The notes: generated by a model from the sequence alone, not told the origin. DNA of 64,000 nucleotides from an uncultured Nitrososphaerota archaeon (GCA_963842885.1 CAWJIE010000004.1:224001-288000); one strand, 5' to 3'. Counted from the stretch's first letter, positions 38,768 through 49,273 are shown. Translations and numbers: made by a program.

Positions 38768-39750
38768 TATCGAGCATGCCTCATGAAGCTTCTGCGGGCC
38801 TGACGCGCTTGCGAGAGGCTCTCTGCCTCCTCTATCCTCACCTTGGTGTACTTCAGGAAGACGTCGTCAAGGCTGGGCTTGTTCAGAGACAGGGAGAGCA
38901 CTTGCAGGCCGCTCTGTTCATAGAAACCGACAATCCTCGGGATGGCCGTTTCACCGTTGGCCGTCAGGATGTCGATGGAGTCGTCCGCGCTGTGAACGAC
39001 CTTCCCGATGTCCTCAGGCAATAGTGCTCCGGCCTGGGCCGAGAGCTTCACGCTCACCATGTCTCCGCCGACGTTCCGTTTCAGTTCCGCCGGGGTGCCT
39101 CCCGCCACGAATCTGCCATGGTTCATTATTGCGATTCGGCCGCACAGTTCGTCGGCTTCGGCCATGTCGTGCGTGGTGATGAAGACGGTCATCCCCAGTT
39201 CCTTGTTCAGGCGTCTGATATGATTCCAGACCTGCCTCTTTGACGAGGGATCGAGGCCTATGCTGGGTTCGTCCAGGAAAAGGACCCTGGGGCGGCTGAC
39301 AACCGCTTCACCTATCTCGAGGCGCCGCATCATGCCGCCTGAGTAGTGCTTGACGAGATCGTTCGCCCTCTCCGTGAGTTCCATCTCCTGCAGCGCCTCC
39401 TTTATCCTGGGGTCGCGGTCTTTCTTCTGAACATAGAACAGCTTTGAGAAGATCAGGAGGTTCTCATAGCCTGTCAGGTCCCCGTCGGCGGATATGGCTT
39501 GAGGCACATAGCCCATAAGCTGGCGGACTTGCGAGGACGACGAGAGTGCATCAATGTTACAGACCTTGATTGACCCAGAACTGGGCTTGGTCAACCCCAT
39601 TATCATTTTGATGATGGTTGTCTTGCCAGCGCCGTTGGGGCCCAGCAACCCGAAGATTTCTCCATCGTCGACGGTGAAGCTCACCCCGTCAACGGCTCGC
39701 ACGTCAGGCGGGTATTTCTTCTCAAGGTCAGTTACCTCAATGGCCGTCAC
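38767..39750 (-). CDS. ABC exporter ATP-binding protein (DrrA-like)
   Basis: GPNGAGKTT, YSGGM, FLDEP, TTH. Confidence 0.93.
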   Translation of the reverse strand: MTAIEVTDLEKKYPPDVRAVDGVSFTVDDGEIFGLLGPNGAGKTTIIKMIMGLTKPSSGSIKVCNIDALSSSSQVRQLMGYVPQAISADGDLTGYENLLIFSKLFYVQKKDRDPRIKEALQEMELTERANDLVKHYSGGMMRRLEIGEAVVSRPRVLFLDEPSIGLDPSSKRQVWNHIRRLNKELGMTVFITTHDMAEADELCGRIAIMNHGRFVAGGTPAELKRNVGGDMVSVKLSAQAGALLPEDIGKVVHSADDSIDILTANGETAIPRIVGFYEQSGLQVLSLSLNKPSLDDVFLKYTKVRIEEAESLSQARQARRSFMRHAR

Positions 39751-39802
39751 TTCTCGTCACACCACATCCCGCGCAAACAGATGATGATATTTAAGCGATG
39801 CC

Positions 39803-40290
39803 TTGGCAACTCGCATACAGCACAGCCTCCCTATTCTCGCGGCAACAAGACCTTGCGAACCAGCGAAGAGTAGACTTCGATGCTCTCGAGGTAGTCAGAG
39901 GCGCCTGTCGCTTCCTGTTCTGTGTGCGAGAGGGAAGCGTCGGGTACCATTCGGAGAGGCACATAGGGTCGCAGGGAGGAGCTCCGGCCTTCTACCTCTC
40001 AGAGGAGGAGGTTCGTCGATTTCCCACCGAGGAAACCGGTTAAGATGGTCCAGCAAGCTCATTCGGGCTTGAAGATGAGCGGCCCCAAAAGCATGGAGCT
40101 AAGAAGTTATCTCCGACCCGAGGCCATACTGAAAGAGACCACGACAGAGGGAGGACCGTCGAGTGGACAAATCCACGCCACCTATCGGAGCCTGAAGCGC
40201 AGGCTGGCACAATTCGAGAAGGAGACCAATGACAGAGCGGCGAAGGATTTCTAAGGCGAAAAGGAGGCCTCGCGCCAGCATCTCCACCAT
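39803..40290 (+). pseudogene. argH: Decayed 3' remnant of argininosuccinate lyase (argH)
   Basis: Fragments in shifting frames: HSLP..DL..FDALEVV, VPFGEAHRVAG (ArgH PFRxAHxxVG), YLRPEAILKETTTEGGPSS. Confidence 0.55.
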
Positions 40291-40433
40291 CGGATGAATA
40301 GCGTCAAACGACCGACCTATTGCGTACATCCTTGTCCGAAATTCAATGTCCCCTTGGCAAATCATCATAGCGTATCGTCATCAAACGACGATAAACGGAT
40401 GACAAGAGCAAATGTTTAATATCGGCTCATTGA

Positions 40434-41492
40434 GTGCTTGGCGTGTTGCGCAAGAGCTTGAATGGTTGTATCACGGCGATAATGACGCCTTTCGAATCAG
40501 ATGGCGAGCTTGACGTTGAAGGCTTGGGTCGGCTGTTGGAATTCCAGCTCGCGAACGATGTCGATGGTATAGTTGTAGCTGGCACGACCGGAGAGGGCCC
40601 TACGCTGGAGCATCGGGAGTTCGTGAAGGCGCTCTCTCTTGTCCTTGATGGTGTTCAGGGTAAAGCCCTGACGATAGCCAACACCGGCGCCAACAGCACG
40701 CGAAAAGCTGTCGAGGCTACGACCCAGGCTTGGGAGCTGGGGGCCCGCGCGGCGCTGCTCGTGGATCCTTATTACAACTGCCCCAGCAGCCTCGAGGTAC
40801 GCCGTGAATATTACGAGCCCATCGCCAGAGCGGCCGAGGAGATGCAGCTCATACCATACGTCATACCAGGGCGGACGGGGACACAGATTTCGCCGGAGGA
40901 CTTGGCCCTTCTCGCTCGAGCCTACCCCAACGTCAATGCCGTCAAGGAAGCCACAGGCAGCAGCGACAATGCGGCAGGGATAAGGTCGCTTTGCGGGGAC
41001 TCCTTTTCCATACTGTCCGGAGACGACGAAAGGACGTTCGGCTTGATGACTGATCCTCGTGTGTTAGCCGACGGAACGATCTCAGTGATGTCCAATATTG
41101 CGCCCAAGGCGGTCGCCGATATGGTCGCCGCCGCGCTCAAGGGCGACGTGGGTAAGGCCGTCACGCTAGCAACTGCCTTGAAACCCCTCTTCGAGCTGGT
41201 CACCGTAAGAACCGATGAAGCGATACTAGGCCACACTCTGACGGTGAAGGCGAAGAACCCTCTGCCGGTAAAGACGATGGCCGCGGTGTTGGGTTTGCCA
41301 GCCGGCCGATGCAGGCAGCCGTTGGGAAGGATGACCAAGGCTGGCTTGAACAGGGTTCTGACCGGATTGGAATCGGTATGGAAACACAATCCGGAGATCC
41401 TAGAGCCCGTGGAAAAGGGGTTCGGAGTGAGCGTCGCCGACCGTCTGGGGTCACCGGCTAGCCTGGAAGGATTGTGCTATGAAAGCTACTGA
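40434..41492 (+). CDS. dapA: 4-hydroxy-tetrahydrodipicolinate synthase
   Basis: TAIMTPF, GTTGE, PYYN, VKEATG, ILSGDD. Confidence 0.93.
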   Translation: MLGVLRKSLNGCITAIMTPFESDGELDVEGLGRLLEFQLANDVDGIVVAGTTGEGPTLEHREFVKALSLVLDGVQGKALTIANTGANSTRKAVEATTQAWELGARAALLVDPYYNCPSSLEVRREYYEPIARAAEEMQLIPYVIPGRTGTQISPEDLALLARAYPNVNAVKEATGSSDNAAGIRSLCGDSFSILSGDDERTFGLMTDPRVLADGTISVMSNIAPKAVADMVAAALKGDVGKAVTLATALKPLFELVTVRTDEAILGHTLTVKAKNPLPVKTMAAVLGLPAGRCRQPLGRMTKAGLNRVLTGLESVWKHNPEILEPVEKGFGVSVADRLGSPASLEGLCYESY

Positions 41493-42294
41493 ACACAACG
41501 CAAACTCCCGAATCAGAATTTGCATCGCGGGTGCGGCGGGGAGGATGGGCTCCATGGTGGCTCGCGAAGTGGCTTCCCCCTATGTCATTTCAGGGGCTAT
41601 CGAATCTGCTACCAACCCGAGCTTGGGCAGAACGCTGAGGGATTGCGCCCTGGCGGACAGTGACGTCATGCTCAGCCCGCCAACCGACATAGAGAACGTA
41701 ATGCGCGAGTGCGACGTCTTCGTCTCCTTCACCTCAGCCGACGCGGAGTTGATGAACCTGCCGCACGTGGTTCACTTGCAGAAACCTGCTGTGATAGGGA
41801 CGACGGGATTCACCCAAGACCAGCGAGCTCGGCTGGAATCGATAGTGAAGCCGATCCCTGCCGTGATAGCGCCGAACTTCTCCGTCGGCGCCAACTTCCT
41901 GTTCGCGTTAACAGAGAAGCTGAGCCAGTTGCCTCCGGCGTATGATTTCTCAATCATCGAAACCCATCACAACCGCAAGAACGATGCGCCCAGCGGAACC
42001 GCCTCTTCAATCGCTGACATCATCAAGGCGCGGAGGGGATACACAAGGATTGTTCACGGCCGCACCGGTCTGTCTCCGCGTAGCCCCGAAGAACTGGAAG
42101 TCCTGTCTGTAAGGGGCGGGGGAATCCCAGGACAGCATGAAGTTCTCGCAGCAGGGGCATCTGAGGTGATCAGGCTTGAGCATACGGTGTTCTCCAGGTC
42201 GGCGTTCGTCGCCGGGGCGCTGTTGGCGGCCGGTTGGATAGTGCGCCAAAGGCCCGGGTTGTATGGGATGAAGGAAGTGCTCGGCCTGCAATGA
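41479..42294 (+). CDS. dapB: 4-hydroxy-tetrahydrodipicolinate reductase
   Basis: GAAGRMG, IGTTG, ETHHNRKNDAPSGTA. Confidence 0.95.
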   Translation: MKATEHNANSRIRICIAGAAGRMGSMVAREVASPYVISGAIESATNPSLGRTLRDCALADSDVMLSPPTDIENVMRECDVFVSFTSADAELMNLPHVVHLQKPAVIGTTGFTQDQRARLESIVKPIPAVIAPNFSVGANFLFALTEKLSQLPPAYDFSIIETHHNRKNDAPSGTASSIADIIKARRGYTRIVHGRTGLSPRSPEELEVLSVRGGGIPGQHEVLAAGASEVIRLEHTVFSRSAFVAGALLAAGWIVRQRPGLYGMKEVLGLQ

Positions 42295-43487
42295 GTAGGG
42301 TGGTCGTCAAATTCGGAGGGGCGACGCTGGCGGACGGGGAGCGCGTCAAGAAGGCCGCGCAGATGGTCCTAGAGGCCGCCTACGAGGAAAAGGTCGTCGT
42401 GGTGTCGGCGCCCGGGAGAACGACCGATCAGCTATTGAACTTGGTATCAGCCTTCGAAGAGAACATCGAAGACAAGGCTTACGCGGAGATTCTCTCCATG
42501 GGCGAAAGGACATCGACCAAGGTCTTCACCTCTGCCTTGAGGGCCAGCGGGATCAAGGTGATGGAATTCGACCCGACACAGGAGGACTTCCCGGTCATCA
42601 CCAATGGAGACTTCCTGAACGCCGCAGTGGACTTGAAAGCCACCAAGGCCGCGTGCCGAAGAAGCATGCTTCCGTTCCTGAGTGAGGCGGTAGCCGTCGT
42701 GCCGGGTTTCTTAGGCAGATGCGATGGGCGGATCACCGTTCTCGGACGGGGAGGCTCAGACATAACGGCTACGGTGCTTGGCAACTGCTTGGAGGCTGAT
42801 GAAGTAATCTTGGTGAAGGACAGGTCGGGCATAATGAGCGCCGACCCCGACGTAGTGCCCGACGCGAAGCCCGTCAGCAGCATTACGATAGATGAGATGT
42901 ATGCGCTGGCTCATGGTGGCGCGAAGGTCGTCCGGCCCGAGGCCCTTTTTTACAAAGGGGTCAACCAAAGGCTCAGGGTAGTGCCCTTCGGACGACCCTT
43001 ACGTGAGGATGGAACGGAAATCACCGGCTCGATACTACCCACGGACCCATACTTCGCAAAGGGTTCCGGACTGAACGAGTTGACGGTGGTCTCCGACTCC
43101 GGCGTCGCCGTGCTTGGAGACGTGCTTCAGCGCATCGGCGCCAAGGTGAAGGGCGTCGGAACGGGCAGGACTACCATCACATTCTTTGTGGAGGGTGACA
43201 CATGGCAAGAAGTGTGTAGACGCGTTCATGGCGTGATTGGCGTGAAGGCGGTGTCCGGGAGGTCTGGGATTGGCTACATAGAAATGGTCCATCCTCACTT
43301 GGTGGATCAGCCAGGTGTCGTGGCCAAGGCGGCCACCATACTGTCTCTGCACGGTATTAACATAATTGAGGTGACCTCCAGCAAGGGCACGATGACGTTC
43401 TTCTTAGACGAGAAGCGTCTGGACGAGGCTTATGGTCTGTTGGAGGAGAATCTGATAGTTGGACAATTGGATACTGAAAAGGCTTAG
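42291..43487 (+). CDS. lysC: Aspartate kinase
   Basis: VVKFGG, VVVVSA, LGRGGSD, SADP, C-terminal ACT domains. Confidence 0.92.
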   Translation: MSRVVVKFGGATLADGERVKKAAQMVLEAAYEEKVVVVSAPGRTTDQLLNLVSAFEENIEDKAYAEILSMGERTSTKVFTSALRASGIKVMEFDPTQEDFPVITNGDFLNAAVDLKATKAACRRSMLPFLSEAVAVVPGFLGRCDGRITVLGRGGSDITATVLGNCLEADEVILVKDRSGIMSADPDVVPDAKPVSSITIDEMYALAHGGAKVVRPEALFYKGVNQRLRVVPFGRPLREDGTEITGSILPTDPYFAKGSGLNELTVVSDSGVAVLGDVLQRIGAKVKGVGTGRTTITFFVEGDTWQEVCRRVHGVIGVKAVSGRSGIGYIEMVHPHLVDQPGVVAKAATILSLHGINIIEVTSSKGTMTFFLDEKRLDEAYGLLEENLIVGQLDTEKA

Positions 43488-44757
43488 TGGGAGCTTCAGG
43501 GCGAGCGGCTCAATCCTATACGTGGAGAATGTGTCGGTCCAGGAAATAGCGGCGAGATTTGGCACGCCCACGTTCGTCACCAGCGAAGCACGGATACGTC
43601 AGAACTTTCGCAGGTTCTACGCCGCGTTCGGGAAGCTTTCCAAGTTCAGGCTGTACTACGCCGTCAAGGCTAACACCAATCTGGCCTTGCTGACCATCCT
43701 CAGGCAAGAGGGGGCCTACGCGGACTGCTCTTGCCCTGCAGAGATTTATGCGGCGTCGCTGGCCGGCTATAGGCCTGATCAAATGCTGTACACGGGGAAC
43801 TACAACTCCAGAGAGGAACTCGAATATGCAACGAAGTCTGGCGTGCTCGTCAACCTAGATGACGCTGCTTTGGTTTCCAAGCTGCCGACAGGCATTGCAC
43901 CTGATATCATATGTTTCAGGATAAACCCCGGGATGGGGAGAGGCGGCAGCGAAGGCCTGGTCTTCGCCGGGCCGGATGCTAAGTTCGGGTCAACCGAAGA
44001 GGTAGCCTTGAAAGGGTATGCCGCTGCTAAGCGGCTGGGAGTCAAGAAGTTCGGGATACATATGATGACAGGCTCCAACGTGCTCGATTCTAATTATTTT
44101 CCGGCAGCCACGGAGAAACTCATGGACATAGCGGGGAGGATAGCCTCCAAAGTCGGCATAGAGTTCGACTTCGTCAACGTCGGCGGGGGTTTTGGTGTTC
44201 CATATTCTCCCGACGAAAGCGAGCTTCCTATAGGCGAAGTCGCCGAATCCGTAGAGAATGTGTTCAAGGAGAAGGTCGATGAATATTCATTGGGCGATCC
44301 TGTACTTGCGGCCGAGCCTGGCAGATACTTGGTAGCTGACTCTACAGTGATTTTGACGAAGGTCTGCCATGTCAAGAATGGTGTGAAGAAGTTCGTCGGG
44401 GTTGACGCCGGCATGAATACCCTCCTTAGACCGGCCCTCTACAACGCCTATCACCCCATGCTCGCCGCAGGCAAGCTCGGCCAGCGTGACATGGAGCGGG
44501 TCAACATCTGCGGCCAGATATGCGAGAACACCGACATCCTCGCGAAGGACAGGGCTTTCCCTCTCCTTGAAGAGGGGGACCTTCTGGCGATCTTCAATGC
44601 CGGCGCATATGGGTTCTCGATGTCCAGCCAGTACAACAACCGGCCGCGGGCGGCCGAAGTCCTCGTGAGCGGCGTTCAGGCGGAGCTAATCAGACGAAGA
44701 GAGACCTACGCGGACCTGCTCACTGGACAGTCGATACCATCGAGGCTATTGAGATGA
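43459..44757 (+). CDS. lysA: Diaminopimelate decarboxylase
   Basis: YAVKAN, KFG, GGGFG, EPGRYLV, CENTD, GAYG, YNNRPR. Confidence 0.95.
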   Translation: MDNWILKRLSGSFRASGSILYVENVSVQEIAARFGTPTFVTSEARIRQNFRRFYAAFGKLSKFRLYYAVKANTNLALLTILRQEGAYADCSCPAEIYAASLAGYRPDQMLYTGNYNSREELEYATKSGVLVNLDDAALVSKLPTGIAPDIICFRINPGMGRGGSEGLVFAGPDAKFGSTEEVALKGYAAAKRLGVKKFGIHMMTGSNVLDSNYFPAATEKLMDIAGRIASKVGIEFDFVNVGGGFGVPYSPDESELPIGEVAESVENVFKEKVDEYSLGDPVLAAEPGRYLVADSTVILTKVCHVKNGVKKFVGVDAGMNTLLRPALYNAYHPMLAAGKLGQRDMERVNICGQICENTDILAKDRAFPLLEEGDLLAIFNAGAYGFSMSSQYNNRPRAAEVLVSGVQAELIRRRETYADLLTGQSIPSRLLR

Positions 44758-45918
44758 CCCATGCGCCTTCGAGAAAGGTCGCCGCCCTGCCTGAATATCC
44801 CTTTGCCAAGCTGGATGAAATCATCAGATTGCGAAGGCAGAGAAAGGAGAGGGTGTTGGCATTCAACGTCGGCGACCCTGACCTGCCCACGCCTTCGTTC
44901 ATAGTGGAGGCCTTGGCTGAGGCAATCAGGAATCCTGAGGACCAGGGTTACTCCAGCAGCGACGGTGAGAAGTGGTTCAAGGAGGCCGTGGCGAACTGGT
45001 ACTGCAAGAGGTTCGACGTCGAATTGGACCCCGACACAGAGGTCTGCGCACTTACCGGATCGAAGGAGGGCCTCGGTAACGTAGCCAGGGCTTTCGTCGA
45101 CGCAGGAGACACGGTCATGTTCCCTGATCCCGGCTATCCGGTTTACAGGATTGGGGGTGCCCAACTCATGGGAGCGAAATCGCTGCCGCGACCGCTATCT
45201 TCGGCCGATGGCTTCAAGATGAACCTGACGGCGCGAGACTTGAAAGGTGTGAAACTGCTCTACGTCAATTATCCTCACAATCCCACTGGAGCTGTCGCAG
45301 ACAGCAAGGACCTCGGAAGGCTGGTGGACGCCGCGCGTGAATCGGGCACTCTGGTATGTTATGACAATGCCTATTCGGAAATGACATATGGTTCGTACAC
45401 CGCTCCTAGCATTCTCCAAGTAGACAAGGATAAGGAGGCCTCTGTCGAAGTCCATTCCTGTTCGAAGACGTTCGCCATGACGGGCTACAGGATAGGCTAC
45501 GCAGTGGGCAACAAGGACGCCATAGGCGGATTGAAGGCCATCAAGAGTCAGATGGATTCAGGCTCGCCCAGGTTCATTCAGCGCGCTGCCAAGGCTGCCC
45601 TCGACAGCTACATATCGTCCCGTCGTCCTAAAGAGGTGGAGGACTCCGTCAAGGATCTACGAGGGAAGGCTGAAGCTGCTCGCAGGAGGATTGAGCCGGC
45701 TGGGCTATGAAGTCCAAGCGCCAGAAGGCACATTCTACCTATGGCAACATACAGACGGCACCTCTACCGCGTTTTCGGAGAGGCTCCTCCGGGTAGGGGT
45801 GGTCGTGACGCCTGGCACGACGTTCGGAGGGGGAGGCGAGGGCTACGTTCGATGGTCGGTGGCGAGGCCGACTGAAGTCATTAGAGAGGCGTTGGATATA
45901 ATGAAGGAGTCGTTCGCA
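44754..45918 (+). CDS. dapL: LL-diaminopimelate aminotransferase-like PLP enzyme; extra G near 45653; C-terminus runs in frame into asd
   Basis: PEYPFA, GDPDLPTP, GSKEG, NYPHNPTG, DNAYSE, SKTFAMTGYRIG; operon context. Confidence 0.7.
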
Positions 45919-46980
45919 ATGAAGGACAAGCTCAAGGCAGGCCTGCTAGGCGCGACCGGAGTCGTGGGTCAAAGGTACGTGGAGATGCTGGATTCGCACC
46001 CATACTTCGAGTTGGCCGTGCTGATGGGGAGGGCTTCGGTCGGCAAGAAGTATGGTGAAGCAGCCAGATGGCTGCTTCCTAATCCCATGCCGAAAAGGGC
46101 GTCGGAGATGGTCGTCAAAGAGGCCAAGGTTTCTTCCATCGCCGAATGTGACTTAGTCTTCTCCGCGCTGCCTTCGGAGGCTGCCCTACAGCTGGAGCCG
46201 CTTTTTGCCGACGCAGGGAAGGCCGTGGTGAGCGAAGTCAGTGCACATAGGATGGACCCTGACGTGCCGCTGTTGGTGCCTGAAATCAATCCTGATCATC
46301 TGAAGCTGTTGGAGACGCAACGGAGGAACAGGAAATGGAAGAAGGGGCTGGTCACCACTCCCAACTGCACCGTCACGGGCCTGGCCATCGTCCTCAAGGC
46401 GTTGGCGGACAGCTTTCCCATGACGAAGGCCGTCGTCACTACCATGCAAGCCGTGTCTGGGGCTGGCTATCCAGGAGTCCCCTCCTTGCTCATCCTCGAA
46501 AACGTCATACCGTTCATCAAGGACGAAGAGGAGAAAGTCGAAAGGGAATCGAAGAAGATACTGGGGACAATCGAGGGCGGGTCTGTGCGCTCGCATCGTC
46601 TTCCCATGGCGGTGTCCTGCAACAGGGTCTCTACCCTTGACGGTCACCTTGAAACCTTGTACTGCGAGTTCAGTCTCAAGGTGAGCCCTGCCGAAGTGGA
46701 GTCACAGCTGAAGGGGTTCAGGGGAGAGCCTCAGAGGCTGGGGCTGCCCACATCTCCCGATGCCCCTATCATAGTCACCAAGGAGAGAGACAGGCCACAG
46801 CCAAGGCTGGACCGCCTGGCAGGCAGCGTCCCAGGCATGAGCGTCGTCGTAGGCAGGGTGAGGCCGGGTATCGATGACCGTTCTATCAGGCTGACGCTCC
46901 TTTCACATAACACGATAAGAGGAGCCTCGGGGAACGCAATCTTGACGGCGGAGCTCATGCGAGCTAAGGGCTACCTATAG
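45919..46980 (+). CDS. asd: Aspartate-semialdehyde dehydrogenase (archaeal/fungal type)
   Basis: GATGVVGQ, FSALP, PNCT, TMQAVSGAGY, HNTIRGA. Confidence 0.93.
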   Translation: MKDKLKAGLLGATGVVGQRYVEMLDSHPYFELAVLMGRASVGKKYGEAARWLLPNPMPKRASEMVVKEAKVSSIAECDLVFSALPSEAALQLEPLFADAGKAVVSEVSAHRMDPDVPLLVPEINPDHLKLLETQRRNRKWKKGLVTTPNCTVTGLAIVLKALADSFPMTKAVVTTMQAVSGAGYPGVPSLLILENVIPFIKDEEEKVERESKKILGTIEGGSVRSHRLPMAVSCNRVSTLDGHLETLYCEFSLKVSPAEVESQLKGFRGEPQRLGLPTSPDAPIIVTKERDRPQPRLDRLAGSVPGMSVVVGRVRPGIDDRSIRLTLLSHNTIRGASGNAILTAELMRAKGYL

Positions 46981-47248
46981 TCTAAAAGTGGATGGGTCTA
47001 CAGGCATAGTCGCGAGGGCCCCTGCACTCTTCCTCTCATACCGCTTGATGAGCCAGTCTACCAAGAGACAGGCCGAAATGACGGAGAGCGCAGGGCTGGG
47101 GGGAGCTCCGACGGAAGATGAAAGAACGGTGATGTCATTTTTGCTGTGTTTCGACTACTCTTGTGCTAAGCTTCCTGAGCAGGGTTTCCTCGTCCTGAGG
47201 GGCCATTGATCGGATGTGATCGAGTTCGTCAAAGCTTAGAGCGGACAT
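46975..47248 (-). CDS. Possible small hypothetical protein with a frameshift in an A-run near 47140
   Basis: TATTAAAA about 25 bp upstream of the ATG; MSALSFDELDHIR... continues in another frame as ...SVISACLLVDWLIKRYE. Confidence 0.3.
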
Positions 47249-47408
47249 CTTGAAGTCCGTGTAGGCCACGGCTTTTAATAGGTATGGTATAGGAAGAATT
47301 GACAACATAAGTACTGTACCCCCTTCCCAGCCGAAGTCATACTGGGGCATCTGGAAGAGGGTCTTTCGAGTAGAAATGGGGGCGGACGTAGGATTCCAGC
47401 AGGATATC

Positions 47409-48518
47409 TCAGAGAGGGCTGTCCCTCGTAAGATAGGCGGTCCTGACAAGACGGCTTCTGGCCTCTGCTTTGCGTGAGCTTTCGATCTCGCAGCTGAGTT
47501 CGAGTTCCACCGTCTTGTCGTCCAATGACGTATAGAGGACCTGAAGGGGTGACTTGAAAGTGTCGGGGGCGCCGGCAGCCTCGACCTGCATCGCCTTGAT
47601 TGCCCTTTCGGCATCCCAGTCGATTTTCAAAGAGAACTTGAGGATGGGTTGTGGAGCCGAGTTGACCAAGGCGATGTTAATTGCCCCGGTCATGATTCCG
47701 TTGTTAGGGATTCTGACCTCCCTCCCTCCGTCAAGCAGGACTGTGGTGTACAACGAGCTGATGCCTTTGACCGTACCTTCGCCTCCAACGTATGAGGTGT
47801 ATACCCTATCGCCCACGGTGAACGGCAGTCTGCTAGTCGTGACAGAGATGGGAGGCACTTTCGTAAGAGTTACCGCTCCAGAGATGATAGCCGTGTTGGG
47901 GACTACCGTTTCCGTGCCTGATTCGTTCTGGATTTTTGTGAACATAGTGGAGATCGCTTCGATTCTGCCAGGTATGCCGTTGACCAGCACGTCGTCCCCA
48001 ACCCCTACAGGCTTGGTAAGGAGCATCAGTGCGCCGGAGAAGATGTTCCCCAATAGGGTGGAAACGGCCAACCCTATGATGATGGCGCCGAAACCCCCTC
48101 CCAACAGCAACGAGTCGGCAGGGACGTGAAGGATCTCCAATACCACCAGGAGGACTACGAAGGTGTTCAAGAGCACGAGGACATATGAAAAGACGGAGGC
48201 GGCGTAAGGCCCTGCGGATCCTCGGATGTGTTTCGAAGAACGCCGTATTAGCGCCATGATGAGACCGCCGGCGACGAGCACAACGCACACTTGTGTCGTT
48301 TGGTGCAGCGTTATCTGGAGACCGAGAAAGATCGTCTGGTTAGGGATTAAGGTGCCGAAGATCAGGTTGGCGACGTATGCCATGAGACTGATGGTAAACA
48401 GGACCAAGATGAAACTGCGGAGATGGGAGGAAAGCGACGCCACTCTATTCATCATCTCCTCGGCCATAGCACAGAGGGCAGGAGCGTCCCAGTGGCCATC
48501 GGAGGACTGGGAATACAC
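47409..48518 (-). CDS. MscS-family mechanosensitive channel with a duplicated beta domain
   Basis: GLAVSTLLGNIFSG, KPVGVGD...PN and a second PFTVGD...IPN. Confidence 0.85.
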   Translation of the reverse strand: MYSQSSDGHWDAPALCAMAEEMMNRVASLSSHLRSFILVLFTISLMAYVANLIFGTLIPNQTIFLGLQITLHQTTQVCVVLVAGGLIMALIRRSSKHIRGSAGPYAASVFSYVLVLLNTFVVLLVVLEILHVPADSLLLGGGFGAIIIGLAVSTLLGNIFSGALMLLTKPVGVGDDVLVNGIPGRIEAISTMFTKIQNESGTETVVPNTAIISGAVTLTKVPPISVTTSRLPFTVGDRVYTSYVGGEGTVKGISSLYTTVLLDGGREVRIPNNGIMTGAINIALVNSAPQPILKFSLKIDWDAERAIKAMQVEAAGAPDTFKSPLQVLYTSLDDKTVELELSCEIESSRKAEARSRLVRTAYLTRDSPL

Positions 48519-48688
48519 GAGAGGGTATTATGTCCTACCTCACGGATAGGGGATTTAGGCCTTGAACAAATTCGGCCTCCAGCCTCGGACCTGGAGATTG
48601 GACCCGGGCGCTGGCCGTCTCCACAATCCCCTGAAACGCCGTCCGGAAATTCTTTTCAATCACTCAGAGGGAGGAGTGAAAGAGCTCG

Positions 48689-49273
48689 ATGTACTGGCCA
48701 TTTCGCGTTCGATGGACATTCGTACTCATCGGCATCTGTGTTGTCGTGTACATCCTCCAGAACATAGCGGCTGATTGGGGGGGCTGGGCCTACTTTGCCT
48801 TCTTTCCGGCCTATGCCTTTCAGTATCCATGGATGTTCGTTACCTCAATTTTCCTACATGCTAGCATCGATCATATCTTGTTCAACATGATTGCGCTCTT
48901 CTTCTTTGGGACGTATCTGGAAAGGATGGTCGGCCCGAGGCTCTTCCTCGTCATATTCTTCATCGCAGGAATCGTAGGGAACTTCGGTTACATGCTGACC
49001 GCACCGGGTTCGATGGTACCGGCCATAGGGGCATCCGGAGCGATTTACGGGATAGTGGGAACTCTAGCGGTGTTGACCCCCATGACCCTCGTCTATGTCT
49101 ATTTCATAGTGCCCATGCCCATGGTGGTATTCGCTGCGCTGTACGCCGTCCTGGATTTCGTGGGTCTCTTCGCCCCTTCCGACATAGCTCACGGCGCCCA
49201 CATAGGGGGGCTTCTGGTCGGAGTGGCTTTCGGAATCTACATGCGACAGCGGTATCGGGTCGTAATCACCTGA
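48689..49273 (+). CDS. Rhomboid intramembrane serine protease
   Basis: HILFNM, GASG, AHIGG. Confidence 0.93.
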   Translation: MYWPFRVRWTFVLIGICVVVYILQNIAADWGGWAYFAFFPAYAFQYPWMFVTSIFLHASIDHILFNMIALFFFGTYLERMVGPRLFLVIFFIAGIVGNFGYMLTAPGSMVPAIGASGAIYGIVGTLAVLTPMTLVYVYFIVPMPMVVFAALYAVLDFVGLFAPSDIAHGAHIGGLLVGVAFGIYMRQRYRVVIT

